Shown: one piece after another, positions 1 to 13,910 of the stretch | How the letters are laid out: each line of letters starts with the position of its first letter | Numbering within the stretch: position 1 is the first letter of the stretch | NCBI RefSeq assembly: GCF_001194135.2 | Contig: NC_068993.1 | Span: 19,738,831-19,802,830, forward strand | Direction of reading: 5' to 3' | Origin: Octopus bimaculoides | Taxonomy: Eukaryota | Length of the DNA: 64,000 nucleotides | Program-made: the position numbers and the translations under genes | Notes under the pieces: generated by a model | The model's input: the letters and a program-made list of their open reading frames with translations, nothing else | The model's database searches: none | What the model was told of the DNA's origin: nothing

Positions 1-72
1 ATATATATATATGTATATACAGTTAGAGAGAGAGAGAGAGGAAGAGAGACAAGTGGGCAGCTAGCTGGTTAA

Positions 73-132
<60 letters not shown>

Positions 133-146
133 TTAGATAGATAGAT
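73..146. repeat. (GATA)n microsatellite
   Basis: Tandem GATA/AGAT units read directly. Confidence 0.95.
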
Positions 147-340
147 AGGCAGACAGATTCGTGGATATGTAATTGATGAAGTACAACTTGGCACAAACCG
201 AGATATTTTTGTTTGCACCTACTAAAAATTGTACTCAGTGTCTACGGCACGGCAAACGGAAATAATATAACATACATAAACTTAATATATCCAAAGTGTA
301 GCTATAGAAACTACGTAAATCTATATCAATCTTGATTTAT

Positions 341-730
341 TTCACACACACACACGCACACACACACACACACACACACACCCACACACTCACACACACA
401 CTCACACACACACTCAAACACACACATGTGTACACATAGTTAAGTTTACAGATTTAATATCCTTTCGCTTCCTCTTTAAAATACTTTGGTAGAGAAACAG
501 GGAGAGATGCGATAAGTTTGAAAGAGGAAATACACTGGCACACGAGAATAGGTCGGAGAGAAAAGAAATATATCTTCCGAATATCTTTGTTCACTGATTT
601 ATAAACATGTATGAAGTACACACACACACATACACACGCACATACATACATATATATATATATAAATATCTTTACAGACAAATACATACAATACATATAT
701 GTACTCAAGTGCATGTCGGTGTGACTTTAG

Positions 731-787
<57 letters not shown>

Positions 788-797
788 NNNNNNNNNN

Positions 798-834
<37 letters not shown>

Positions 835-1180
835 CATACATATATTTATATATATACATATATGTATATAAATATATACATTATACCTTTATGCATAAAT
901 TTGTATAAACACATATACATACATACACACACATATACACACACATATACATATATACATACACACACACACATATATACATACGTATATGTAGTTATAC
1001 ATATTTATTTTATATATTATATACATATACATCTGTGTGTATATAATATATATACATATATTTATATATATAAATATATAAATATATATATATATATGTA
1101 TATAAACACACACACGTATATATGTATATATATGTATGCATATAATGTAAGAATGTGTGTATTTATATATGGATGTATAT
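341..1180. repeat. (CA)n/(TA)n low-complexity tract containing a 10-N gap
   Basis: Dinucleotide-rich sequence; source of the poly-YI/HT ORF artefacts. Confidence 0.9.
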
Positions 1181-2286
1181 GAGGATTATTGCAGATGTTT
1201 TAATATTTGTACATGTGATTGTGCGTGCGTGTAGTGATATGCCCAAATATTTATATTAAGAAACTTACAGTAATGATTTGAAAATCATGTTTTCTTTTAA
1301 ATAAATAATAAAACAGAAAAATGAATGCATTTCACTTTATGTTCGAGTTGTTTCCATAGAAATTTGCAATATTCTTCACTGAAGGATTTTCACGGAACAG
1401 CAAACAAATATTTTCAAGTTTACTTCATCATTTTAATCTAGATTTTTATTATTAATTTCGTTTTTACTTTATTACTACATTTATCATTTTGTTGATTTTA
1501 TTTATCGGTTAATATGTGCATTTCTCTCTGCTTGTATCTGAGTATGTTTGAGTCTTTTTGTACGCTCGAGTGTATGCGTGTGTGAGCCTGTGTGTGAGCC
1601 TGTGTGTGACTCTGTGTGTTTGTGTGTCTTTACGTGAATGTATTTGTTGTGTGTAATAATAAATATGTGAGTTTAGTATTAGTTTTCAAACTTTTCTAAT
1701 TTTTTATATTATACTTTCTTATTGTATATTATACAACGCCTGTAAAACGTGTTTAAAATGTCCTGTTTATGATTCCACTATGCTTCTCTCATATCCAAAT
1801 ATTTTCATCAATATTTGTTATTACAATGAAATTCGAAAACGTTGAGAATGAGTAAAGCGTAATTGAAACGTCCAACAGCAAAATATAATGGCAAATAAAT
1901 AAAATATGGATATCTCACAATGGCCAATGAACACAAATTTCAAAGGTAAAGTATAGTCGAATATATCGGACCCTAATACATTTTTCATTTATTTTATTTT
2001 TTAAAATGACCAATAGAAGACAATGTCAGAGCAGACTTCATTTAAATCGGAATCTAAAGAAATGTAATTATTGATTAAAAGATATTTGCATCGGCATTGT
2101 GTTATCAATGCTATTTCTACTACTTTTCTCATATGAAACAAATTATTAATCATTATTTATACATATTAAATAATAAAATAAAAAAGTAAATGTGTATGTT
2201 GGAGAAGTGTTCAAAGTCAAACTTATAGTTTACTCTTTATTATATTCAAACCTCCTTATTTGTGTCTACATATGTGTGTGTATGCA

Positions 2287-2329
<43 letters not shown>

Positions 2330-3090
2330 NNNNNNNNNNNNNNNNNNNNNNNNNNNNNNNNNNNNNNNNNNNNNNNNNNNNNNNNNNNNNNNNNNNNNNN
2401 NNNNNNNNNNNNNNNNNNNNNNNNNNNNNNNNNNNNNNNNNNNNNNNNNNNNNNNNNNNNNNNNNNNNNNNNNNNNNNNNNNNNNNNNNNNNNNNNNNNN
2501 NNNNNNNNNNNNNNNNNNNNNNNNNNNNNNNNNNNNNNNNNNNNNNNNNNNNNNNNNNNNNNNNNNNNNNNNNNNNNNNNNNNNNNNNNNNNNNNNNNNN
2601 NNNNNNNNNNNNNNNNNNNNNNNNNNNNNNNNNNNNNNNNNNNNNNNNNNNNNNNNNNNNNNNNNNNNNNNNNNNNNNNNNNNNNNNNNNNNNNNNNNNN
2701 NNNNNNNNNNNNNNNNNNNNNNNNNNNNNNNNNNNNNNNNNNNNNNNNNNNNNNNNNNNNNNNNNNNNNNNNNNNNNNNNNNNNNNNNNNNNNNNNNNNN
2801 NNNNNNNNNNNNNNNNNNNNNNNNNNNNNNNNNNNNNNNNNNNNNNNNNNNNNNNNNNNNNNNNNNNNNNNNNNNNNNNNNNNNNNNNNNNNNNNNNNNN
2901 NNNNNNNNNNNNNNNNNNNNNNNNNNNNNNNNNNNNNNNNNNNNNNNNNNNNNNNNNNNNNNNNNNNNNNNNNNNNNNNNNNNNNNNNNNNNNNNNNNNN
3001 NNNNNNNNNNNNNNNNNNNNNNNNNNNNNNNNNNNNNNNNNNNNNNNNNNNNNNNNNNNNNNNNNNNNNNNNNNNNNNNNNNNNNNNNNN

Positions 3091-3121
<31 letters not shown>

Positions 3122-3538
3122 GACAGACAGATAGATAGAGAGAGAGAGGAAGAGAGAGAGGGAGAGAGAGATGGACAGTGTCAGTGAGGAATAGAAATTG
3201 TTGGTGATGAGAATTCATTTTTGTTTAATGAAGAGACTTCGTCTCTCTCTTTATTTGTTTATCTTCCGCAAAACTCGAAGAAGATCGCTATGGAAATATT
3301 GTTCACGTATGTAAGATATCATTGTGCTAGCTAAACATGAAAAACAGCTCCATCCTAGGCAGTTATACTAGCTGGCAATGATTGTCTCACCAACACACTA
3401 CTAACAATGGCACATAAGACAGAAGTTTCATTTGTCTCTTCTATTTCTGTATATTTACGACTCCTTTCCTCCCCTCTATCTTACTTCGTTCTCTCCTGCA
3501 CATTGTGACCCTAACGAACATTTATTTTAGCGGTGGTG

Positions 3539-3606
<68 letters not shown>

Positions 3607-3699
3607 GAAGAATAATAATAAATGGAGCAAAACGCATATAGTCAATAAGTTCCTTTAATTCCTACATATGTTTCAAAATATATGTGCACTCTCCTCCAA

Positions 3700-5200
3700 A
3701 GAAGTAAGAGGTGCTGGAATTGCACATAAATTCATCGTCAGGGAACCAACATACAAAAGCAAGACTTGTATACTTGATGCTTGTTGGCCTTGTGCTTTGT
3801 CACAAACTCTTTGTATTCTATTCCAGTTTTTATTTCTATATCTAGGGGAGGTATCACTGGTTTCATTACATATTATGTTATCATTCTTTTAGCACTCCTG
3901 TATAACCAAACCCTATTTTTTTTCTGATCATATCCAAAGAATTACGTGTAGTGCATGAAGTTCTGTACGTGTTTCTTTGTTTCATAGGGTTTGCATAGTG
4001 GGGACACGTTGTTCATTATCCTAGCAAAGTCTACTATCAGTATGCTGATTTTCATGTTGTGTAACAAAGCTAAATTCCTGTGAACAACATATTTTGAAGC
4101 TATTTTCATGTAATGGGAGTGGAGGAGTTGCGCTTTGTTGTTCACAGTCTCTAACCAAAGTTCAGTATCAACTCCAGCCATTCCAGTGCTCTGCAGTGCT
4201 TTTCTTCACTGCTGAGGTGGTGGTGGGTGGTCTTCTTCTCTGTGATATGGTGGGGCAGAATCTACTAAGGTTATGGTTGTCTAGATAGTTTCTGTCATAG
4301 CTTAGTTTAAAGAGGAGGCCTAGATTCCCTCGTGTTGACTTCACGGAACTCTACTACACACTCACAGGTAATCTCAATGCATTCCTCCACAGCAAAATTT
4401 ATGACCTTAGATGGGTAGAGTGAAATTACATCAATGCTACCCACTACACAACCTGTGAGGTCGTTGGAGTGGTCGCAAATACTGATTCTACTGAGGAGAT
4501 CCTCCGTGTTCACACAGACATCTGGGTGCATTTCAATGAGGGGGTCATAATACCTGTGGGAGAAAGTAGGGTAGTCTATAATTGCTGGAGATATTCGCTC
4601 CGCAAACTGGTCGGGTTGGGGGCCCCATAACTGGGTTTATGTAAGGTTTATGGAACGTTATTGTTGAAAGCTGGGAAATTGTGTGCAGTCCATTTCTTGG
4701 GTTGGAGTATGTTGCACCACATTCCCATATGTGCATTGAGGAGTTTTTCCACTCGTTCCTGTTGCTGTGGTGCAACTTCTCTCGTGCTATTGATGTGTTG
4801 TTGCATGGTCTGGACATAGTTCTGTAGGCTGTCTATTGACAGTCTACCAGACTTGTAGGGATGGACACTAATTCCCTGTTCCTAATTCGTTCTTTCAGTT
4901 TTTGTAGGCCTTTGGCAAAAGACGAACTGAGTTGGTGGGTCTTCTCCTCATTATGTTTTTTTAGTGGATTTGTTGTACTGGTCTAAGATGTGTCGGAGTC
5001 TATTTCTAGCTAAGGATATCTCTGCTTCTGTTTCACTATCAATCTGGGGTAGGATACAAACCTTTTTGTTGAAAGGTAAGTCTGTGGGGTAGATCCTTGT
5101 CATGTCATAAGATTTGTTATTGGGGTTATAGAGACAGATTGTACGGTGTTATCATCGTTGTAGTTGTTATTTTTGTGGTTACAGTCGCTGGCATTGTTGT
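3700..5200 (-). mobile_element. Degenerate Penelope-like element, reverse transcriptase region
   Basis: Minus-strand peptides across frameshifts: KGLQKLKERIRNRELV (just before the PLE DKSG-type motif), GPPTRPVCGANISSNYRL, GSIDVISLYPS (RT motif A), and IASKYVVHRNLA...DFARIMNNVSPLC (PLE thumb-like). Confidence 0.75.
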
Positions 5201-5219
5201 CATTAGTGGGGTTCAACGA

Positions 5220-5349
5220 TTATTGAAAAGGTTGCAAGACGCAACGAAAATCTAAGAAAAAATAAATAAGTAAATGAGTAGAAACTAAACCGGTGTGTGT
5301 GTTAAATAATAGGGCGCTAAAAGAGAATGACTCTCCCCAGACACAACAA
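5220..5349 (+). mobile_element. PLE-type terminal repeat fragment, homologous to 50395-50530 in the opposite orientation
   Basis: TATTGAAAAGGTTGCAAGACGCAACGAAAAT...AATGACTCTCCCCAGACACAACA matches the reverse complement of 50395-50526; it abuts the 5' end of the PLE RT fragment. Confidence 0.6.
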
Positions 5350-5444
5350 TATATATATAAATATATATGTGTGTGTGTGTGTGCGTGTGTATGTATCTAT
5401 GTATGTATGTATGTATTAACCTTTATTAAATCATATTGGATAAT

Positions 5445-5957
<513 letters not shown>

Positions 5958-6612
5958 AAATAGCTTGATGTTTTAAATGATACCTAAAATTATATCACAC
6001 ATTGTTACATGGTTGCATAACGTCATACCACTAATATGGTATGCATGAAATTGTGGGGCCTGTTCATGCGTTTCTTCTGCAGCCCAGAAATCACAGTACA
6101 CAAGCTCAGTTTCTGTGATTAAGCAGGTAATATTCGTATTTCTTCACTTCTGATTTCTAAATCATACCCAACAGCTTTGTGATGTTGGTTAATAACGACT
6201 ATAGAGTGAGGAGTCGATTAGGTAAGTCTAAAATTACTTTACTTACGAGTGTTGTATTAGATCTTTATACAATCTGACATAAGAGAATTACAGAAAACGT
6301 AGACAAACACATACAGACTACATACAGACACACCGCGGACACAAACACATACACAGACACGCAAACACATACACAGACACACAAACACGTACACACACAC
6401 AAAATGTTTACAACTCCAGTAGTAGGTGAGTAAAATAAACTATAAAACTGGTGTTAGCGACGGAATGAATATTAATACGATGTGGCAAGATATGTCAAGT
6501 CATTATATAGTTTTCACTTAACGGTTATATTCGGTCAATAGGTTCTTTGAGTAACTTAGTATGACACACACAACATATAGACGCAGAAGCTTCATATATA
6601 CATATACGTACA

Positions 6613-6653
<41 letters not shown>

Positions 6654-7046
6654 NNNNNNNNNNNNNNNNNNNNNNNNNNNNNNNNNNNNNNNNNNNNNNN
6701 NNNNNNNNNNNNNNNNNNNNNNNNNNNNNNNNNNNNNNNNNNNNNNNNNNNNNNNNNNNNNNNNNNNNNNNNNNNNNNNNNNNNNNNNNNNNNNNNNNNN
6801 NNNNNNNNNNNNNNNNNNNNNNNNNNNNNNNNNNNNNNNNNNNNNNNNNNNNNNNNNNNNNNNNNNNNNNNNNNNNNNNNNNNNNNNNNNNNNNNNNNNN
6901 NNNNNNNNNNNNNNNNNNNNNNNNNNNNNNNNNNNNNNNNNNNNNNNNNNNNNNNNNNNNNNNNNNNNNNNNNNNNNNNNNNNNNNNNNNNNNNNNNNNN
7001 NNNNNNNNNNNNNNNNNNNNNNNNNNNNNNNNNNNNNNNNNNNNNN

Positions 7047-7093
<47 letters not shown>

Positions 7094-7924
7094 TGTGTGT
7101 GTGTGTATATGTTTTACAAACTGTAATGGAAAATAAAGAGTTAGGCTTCCTTATTTTCCATTACACTCCGTAACGGATGTTTAGAGATAACGTTTGTGTT
7201 TCTATAGGAAAATTTCATGTTATAAGTTCGGTGGCTAAAGTTACACACAGTGTGAATACAAGCATAAGGCTGGAGAATATATTTCATGCCATCTTTACAC
7301 GTGTTTCAGTGACAATCACAAACGTTTACATAATAATAACAACCTTCTGCAATTTTTTATAAAATTCATCTCATAAGAAGTTGCAATAAGAAACGAAAAT
7401 TCAAGTTTAATGATACAAAACATAAATATTCATTTCTCATAACAACCTCAGTTGAGTTGTCAGTTCATAAAAGACACCGTAATGTTAATTATTAGAACAA
7501 ACCTTATAAGTACAAAATTTCAAACTATATTTTTATGTCTTATATACATGCATACATACACGTACATATATACATACATGCATACATACATACATACATA
7601 TATATATGCATATATATATGTCATGTGCGTACATGTATGTATATATAATATATATATATATGTGCGTGTATGTATATTGTGTGTGTGTACGTGTGTGTGT
7701 GTGCGTGTGTGCGTGTGGTTTAGTGGAAGGGAGTGAGCTAATGTGCAGCGCGAACATATGATCACTATAAAGATACAAAGATAGATAGAGTCACGTCAGA
7801 AAATATAAAGTTCAAAACTTACTTGCAGGGATGAGGCGTGCGTTCGATCATGTAATACAAAATATTAATGAGTATGTGTATATATACATACAGGTATGTA
7901 CATACCTACATCTACCTGTATATA

Positions 7925-8170
7925 TAGATGCATATCTGGGTACAAGACATTGCAAACAAAACATAGACAAAATGATAAACAGAGTACAGAAAACACACAG
8001 GTCACATAGAGAATATTTCCTTCATCAGCTGCCACCATTCTAACACTGGCGTTTCGAAGAGTTAGGGCAGGACGCATCGTTAAAATGGCTCTTCCCACGG
8101 ACGTCAAATTAAATTTGTACCATGGAGGAATGTAGTGGCGGACAGAAACCAAGAGAGGAAAACTCAACAG
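7925..8170 (-). mobile_element. Probable PLE terminal-repeat fragment with a decayed hammerhead-like motif
   Basis: Minus strand reads GAAGAG-27 nt-CTCTTC GAAAC GCC AGTG; flanked by TA-rich tracts. Confidence 0.4.
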
Positions 8171-8221
8171 TAGAATGAAATGAACAAAAAGGGCTATACG
8201 GCCAGATGTGAAAAAATGTGC

Positions 8222-8268
<47 letters not shown>

Positions 8269-8701
8269 NNNNNNNNNNNNNNNNNNNNNNNNNNNNNNNN
8301 NNNNNNNNNNNNNNNNNNNNNNNNNNNNNNNNNNNNNNNNNNNNNNNNNNNNNNNNNNNNNNNNNNNNNNNNNNNNNNNNNNNNNNNNNNNNNNNNNNNN
8401 NNNNNNNNNNNNNNNNNNNNNNNNNNNNNNNNNNNNNNNNNNNNNNNNNNNNNNNNNNNNNNNNNNNNNNNNNNNNNNNNNNNNNNNNNNNNNNNNNNNN
8501 NNNNNNNNNNNNNNNNNNNNNNNNNNNNNNNNNNNNNNNNNNNNNNNNNNNNNNNNNNNNNNNNNNNNNNNNNNNNNNNNNNNNNNNNNNNNNNNNNNNN
8601 NNNNNNNNNNNNNNNNNNNNNNNNNNNNNNNNNNNNNNNNNNNNNNNNNNNNNNNNNNNNNNNNNNNNNNNNNNNNNNNNNNNNNNNNNNNNNNNNNNNN
8701 N

Positions 8702-8745
<44 letters not shown>

Positions 8746-8993
8746 TATAGACGTAGATGAAATATGAGGTCTTAGTGGAAGCCGAAAACTGTAACTCGGA
8801 GTAACCACTGGTTTCTTGGAAAGAATTAGAATATTGTGTGACAGCGTGTATTTATGTGTGTATGGTATCCATAAATAGATTAATCTATACTGTGTACTGT
8901 ATACTTGTGTCTATCCTTTCGACCAAATTCAGTGAAACTCAAATACTTATACAGATATCTTTACTGACAGTGCATTATTATTGTTATGTTTCC

Positions 8994-9024
<31 letters not shown>

Positions 9025-9539
9025 TTGCTGTAGTTGTTTTATGTTGTTGCTGTTTTTTTTTTGTTTTATTGCTCTTGGTTTTATTGATGGTGTTGCTACG
9101 CATATAAATGGAACAAACAATTTTGTTTCCCATTGCAAGCTCTTATCTATTTCAATGATCTCTTTTTTCCTGATTTCTTCCATTTTCTTTTTTTTTTTTT
9201 TAGCCATTGTTTATATTTGTATATTTGTATGTATGCGCTTGTGTGCAAGTATGTTTGTGCGTATGTGTATGTGAATGCACTTGTTTGTGCGCATATGCGT
9301 GTCTCTATTGGCGGATGACCACTTCCCAATTCCTTGTGTTGTTTCTTCACTATCTCCCTCGCTTGCATACCACGTTCTGTTATTCTCTTTCTTTCTCTTT
9401 CTTTCCCTTACTCCCTCTCTTTCACTGCATCAGTTGATGAACTTATCAATCAATTGTTTTTTTTCTGTGGTCACCACTCCCACGTCTTTTTTTTCATGAC
9501 TGTCGCACTGCAAGGAATAATTCTTCACTGCTTTCTGTC

Positions 9540-10380
<841 letters not shown>

Positions 10381-11318
10381 TTTCTTTTCCTTTCTGCTGT
10401 TTTCTTTCTGTATGTCATTGACTTTCGATTATTTCATTATTTTTTATTGAAATACGAACAACGAGGTAAAAAAAGTGAGTGAGGATGTGACGACGAGCGA
10501 CAGAGGTAGGAGGGACAAGAAGAAAAAATAAAGAAAAATTGCACTAATTTCAGAGGATCAACAAACACTAACGTGACGTTAATGATATTCAGAACGGGAT
10601 TAGAAACAAAGTCTTCTCAATTTTAAATCAAAATTCGTATGAGAATCATGGAGTCAGTTCCTAGTCAAATATAACTGGGACGCAGTATCAAGATCCACCT
10701 TAAGCTGTATCACTCGCCTGTCATTTCCATTTACAATTCCTCACCTGGAGACGAAAATTTTGGCTTCCCTATTTTTTTAATATTACATATTCTGTAATTT
10801 CTTTTTTAAAACAAACCATCTACAATCGTCGTTGAAGTTATTTTCATTTTGCTTAAACGTAAACATAATATATGTTGGCATGATATTTTTAACACAGTTA
10901 ATTTTGTTCGCTATTACCAGACTACTGTAAATATGATTACGGTTTTATTAACAGATACCTCCATAGAACATTTAAACTACTCTTAATTAAAATACGACAT
11001 TCAATGATTTATTAAATTCATCATCAAAACAAGTCAGTTGCAGTTAAATCATTCTCCTAACTGGTAAACACCAATCATTCTACAAAAAATGTAATCTTCG
11101 AAGAAACGAAGTCGCAATACAATTTGCATTCTCAGCTACATAGGTCAGTCTACATATTTCGACAGTGCTGATGAGTATTATTTTACATGCGTCTGATATA
11201 CTGCGACTAATTTACATTTTCTTCCCATATTAGTCTTCATATAAACATGATGTGGATAGGGTCAAATGCGGCTGCGTGATTGAAAATTTCACATTCGGGG
11301 TATCTTATACGAGTATCT

Positions 11319-11362
<44 letters not shown>

Positions 11363-11586
11363 NNNNNNNNNNGTGTGTGTGTGTGTGTGTGTGTGTGTGT
11401 CTGTGTCTGTGTCTGTGTGTATCTGTGTGTGTCTATGTCTGTGTGTCTGTGTCGATGCCTGTGAGTGTGTGTATGTGTGCATGTGTGTGCATGTGTGTGT
11501 ATGTGTGCATGTGTGCATGTGTGTTTATGTGTGCATGTGTGTGTATGTGTGCGTACGTACATGTATGTGTGTGTACGTACATGTAT

Positions 11587-11893
11587 GAGAGTGCATGGCC
11601 TAGTGGTTCGGGCGTTACACTCACAATTAGGAGATAGTGGGTTCAAATTACTGGACAGGGTGCTGCGTTGTGCTCTTGAGCAAAACACTTGATATTACGT
11701 TGCTCTGAGATCATTTTGCCACCCGATATTTGGTACATCATACACCCGTTCAAGCCGCGTCGATTTGGTGACGGGAATGAGCTAATGTACTGCACAAGCA
11801 TTTGATCACAATGATCCAATCATTTGTGCGTGTCGTTCTGCAAGGAATTGCTGAAAATTCGTTTTCGGAGTACAAGGGAATACCATCCAATAC
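11587..11893 (+). mobile_element. tRNA-derived SINE family D
   Basis: A-box-like TGGCCTAGTGG and B-box-like GGGTTCAAATT; its 3' segment (GGGAATGAGCTAATGT...TGATCAC) recurs at about 7725-7765. Confidence 0.65.
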
Positions 11894-11989
11894 TGTGTGT
11901 GCATATATAATATATGGAGATAGATAGTTATACATACATATAAATACGCGCGCGCACACACACACATATGTTATATATATATATATATA

Positions 11990-12142
11990 TATGTTTTTCT
12001 CCTTGTCTCCGTATTCTTTCTGTTGAAGAGCGTAGCTCGAAACGTTAATGACTTTCCGTATTCCCGAGCGTCATACTAATACATCCTTTTGTTGTTTACA
12101 CCACCTGTCCTCGTCTGTTGTTGTTTTTTCGTACATTCTCCC
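11990..12142 (+). mobile_element. Probable PLE terminal-repeat fragment following (TA)n
   Basis: Begins at a TA tract, contains a hammerhead-like motif and runs into an N-gap. Confidence 0.5.
12015..12051 (+). ncRNA. Minimal type I hammerhead-ribozyme-like motif (variant core CUGUUGA)
   Basis: TCTTT-CTGTTGA-A-GAGC-GTA-GCTC-GAAAC-GTTA-ATGA: 4-bp stem II, GAAA, palindromic AACGTT stem III; stem I partly decayed. Confidence 0.45.
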
Positions 12143-13333
12143 NNNNNNNNNNNNNNNNNNNNNNNNNNNNNNNNNNNNNNNNNNNNNNNNNNNNNNNNNN
12201 NNNNNNNNNNNNNNNNNNNNNNNNNNNNNNNNNNNNNNNNNNNNNNNNNNNNNNNNNNNNNNNNNNNNNNNNNNNNNNNNNNNNNNNTATATATATATAT
12301 ATATATATGGTGGGGGTATGCATGCATATACACACACATCCACCGCACTTCCATTAAGCTTTGGATATACCATGAATCTCTCAATTTCGATTGGTTCAAG
12401 GAACTGAACACCAGATCTTGACAAATTTTACATGCGTGTTTTGGATTACTATGTGATCATATTTTATCGCTTAATTACTTAATTATAGAGTATCTTTCTG
12501 CATACTTATCAATATCAATGTCATGACTGTAATTGCAAATGTGGCTTAATTACTCTTTAGTTAGTTCAGTTTAAATCAATCAATGATATATTTCAATACC
12601 ATACAATTTAACATGAAAAACGCTTTTCTTATTTTTTTTTTTTTTTGACTGATCGCTTTGTAGCTTCCATGTCAAAGGTATTAGCTACAAAAACCAAATT
12701 GATTCACAAAGGAATCAAACCTACATCGTCGATTCGGCTAGCAGCTAACTTGAAGTTTCCTTTGTTGTACTCACAACTCATTACAACTAAAGTATTATGT
12801 TCTGGTACAGCAACGGCTGCAAAGCAAGATGTAAGCTTCCAATTAACTGATGCTGCCAGCCGTTTTACTTCATTAACTCAGGTAATCTTATTTCTCAGTT
12901 CAATATAAACCTGAACGGCAGGAATGTTCTACAAGCTCTCCCCGCTTCTCTTAATATGTTATTCTATGCAGAAGTAATTAATCACTTTGAATGTTAAGGA
13001 ATCGTTATACTAATATTGCTAATGGCTGTTGAGAAAGTCATAAAGTTTTTCACCGCTTTTATTCTAAGATGTTTTGGCTGAGCCATTATATGGTAACAGT
13101 TGAAGCACTATGGCGATAAGCAAATATCGAACTACAGAGTATGTTTATATTCCCTTTCTCTATGCCTACGGTGAAGAACAGATAAACTTTTTAAAGAATT
13201 TCAAAAAGCTAAATGGAATAATTTCTACCAAGAGAGAGAGAGAAACAAGATTTTCAGAATTCAACAATACCACAATCATCACAACATAGATACAACAATG
13301 TATATGTTTTGCTTACTCCATTTTTCTGCTATA

Positions 13334-13910
13334 TTGTTTGTTGGCACTCCATCACTTACGACGTCGAGGGTTCCAGTTGATCCGATCAACGGAACAGCCT
13401 GCTCGGGAAATTAACGTGCAAGTGACTGAGCACTCCACAGACACGTGTACCCTTAACGTAGTTCTCGGGGAGATTCACCGTGACACAGTGTGACAAGGCT
13501 GACCCTTTGAATTACAGGCACAACAGAAACAGGAAGTAAGAGTGAGAGAAAGTTGTGGTGAAAGAGTACAGCAGGGTTCACCACCATCCCCTGCCGGAAT
13601 CTCGTGGAGCTTTAGGTGNNNNNNNNNNAGACACGTGTACCCTTAACGTAGTTCTCGGGGAGATTCACCGTGACACAGTGTGACAAGGCTGACCCTTTGA
13701 ATTACAGGCACAACAGAAACAGGAAGTAAGAGTGAGAGAAAGTTGTGGTGAAAGAGTACAGCAGGGTTCACCACCATCCCCTGCCGGAATCTCGTGGAGC
13801 TTTAGGTGTTTTCGCTCAATAAGCACTCACAACGCCCGGTCTGGGAATCGAAACCGCGATCCTATGATCGCGAGTCCGCTGCCCTAACCACTGGACCATT
13901 GCGCCTCCAC
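13334..13910 (-). mobile_element. tRNA-derived SINE family C (includes a 180-bp assembly overlap)
   Basis: Minus-strand head GTGGAGGCGCAATGGTCCAGTGGTTAGGGCAGCGGACTC...GGTTTCGATTCCC with clear A and B boxes. Confidence 0.85.

Noticed and set aside
454-3218. Long ORFs rich in YI/HT/CV dipeptides or X runs (also at 8180, 14781, 27021, 33035, 39940, 50502, 58092 and similar)
   Set aside because: Translations of (TA)n/(CA)n microsatellites and N-gaps; not coding.
6075-6230. Possible small plus-strand exons ending at CAG|GTAATA and TAG|GTAAGT
   Set aside because: Short, unrecognisable peptides and an implausibly small intervening intron; such sites arise by chance.
13439-13808. Exact 180-bp tandem duplication (13439-13618 and 13629-13808)
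   Set aside because: Identical copies on either side of a 10-N gap inside a SINE; typical unmerged contig overlap.
11587-13910. tRNA-like A/B boxes as tRNA genes
   Set aside because: They are SINE heads that continue into repeat bodies; no complete cloverleaf.
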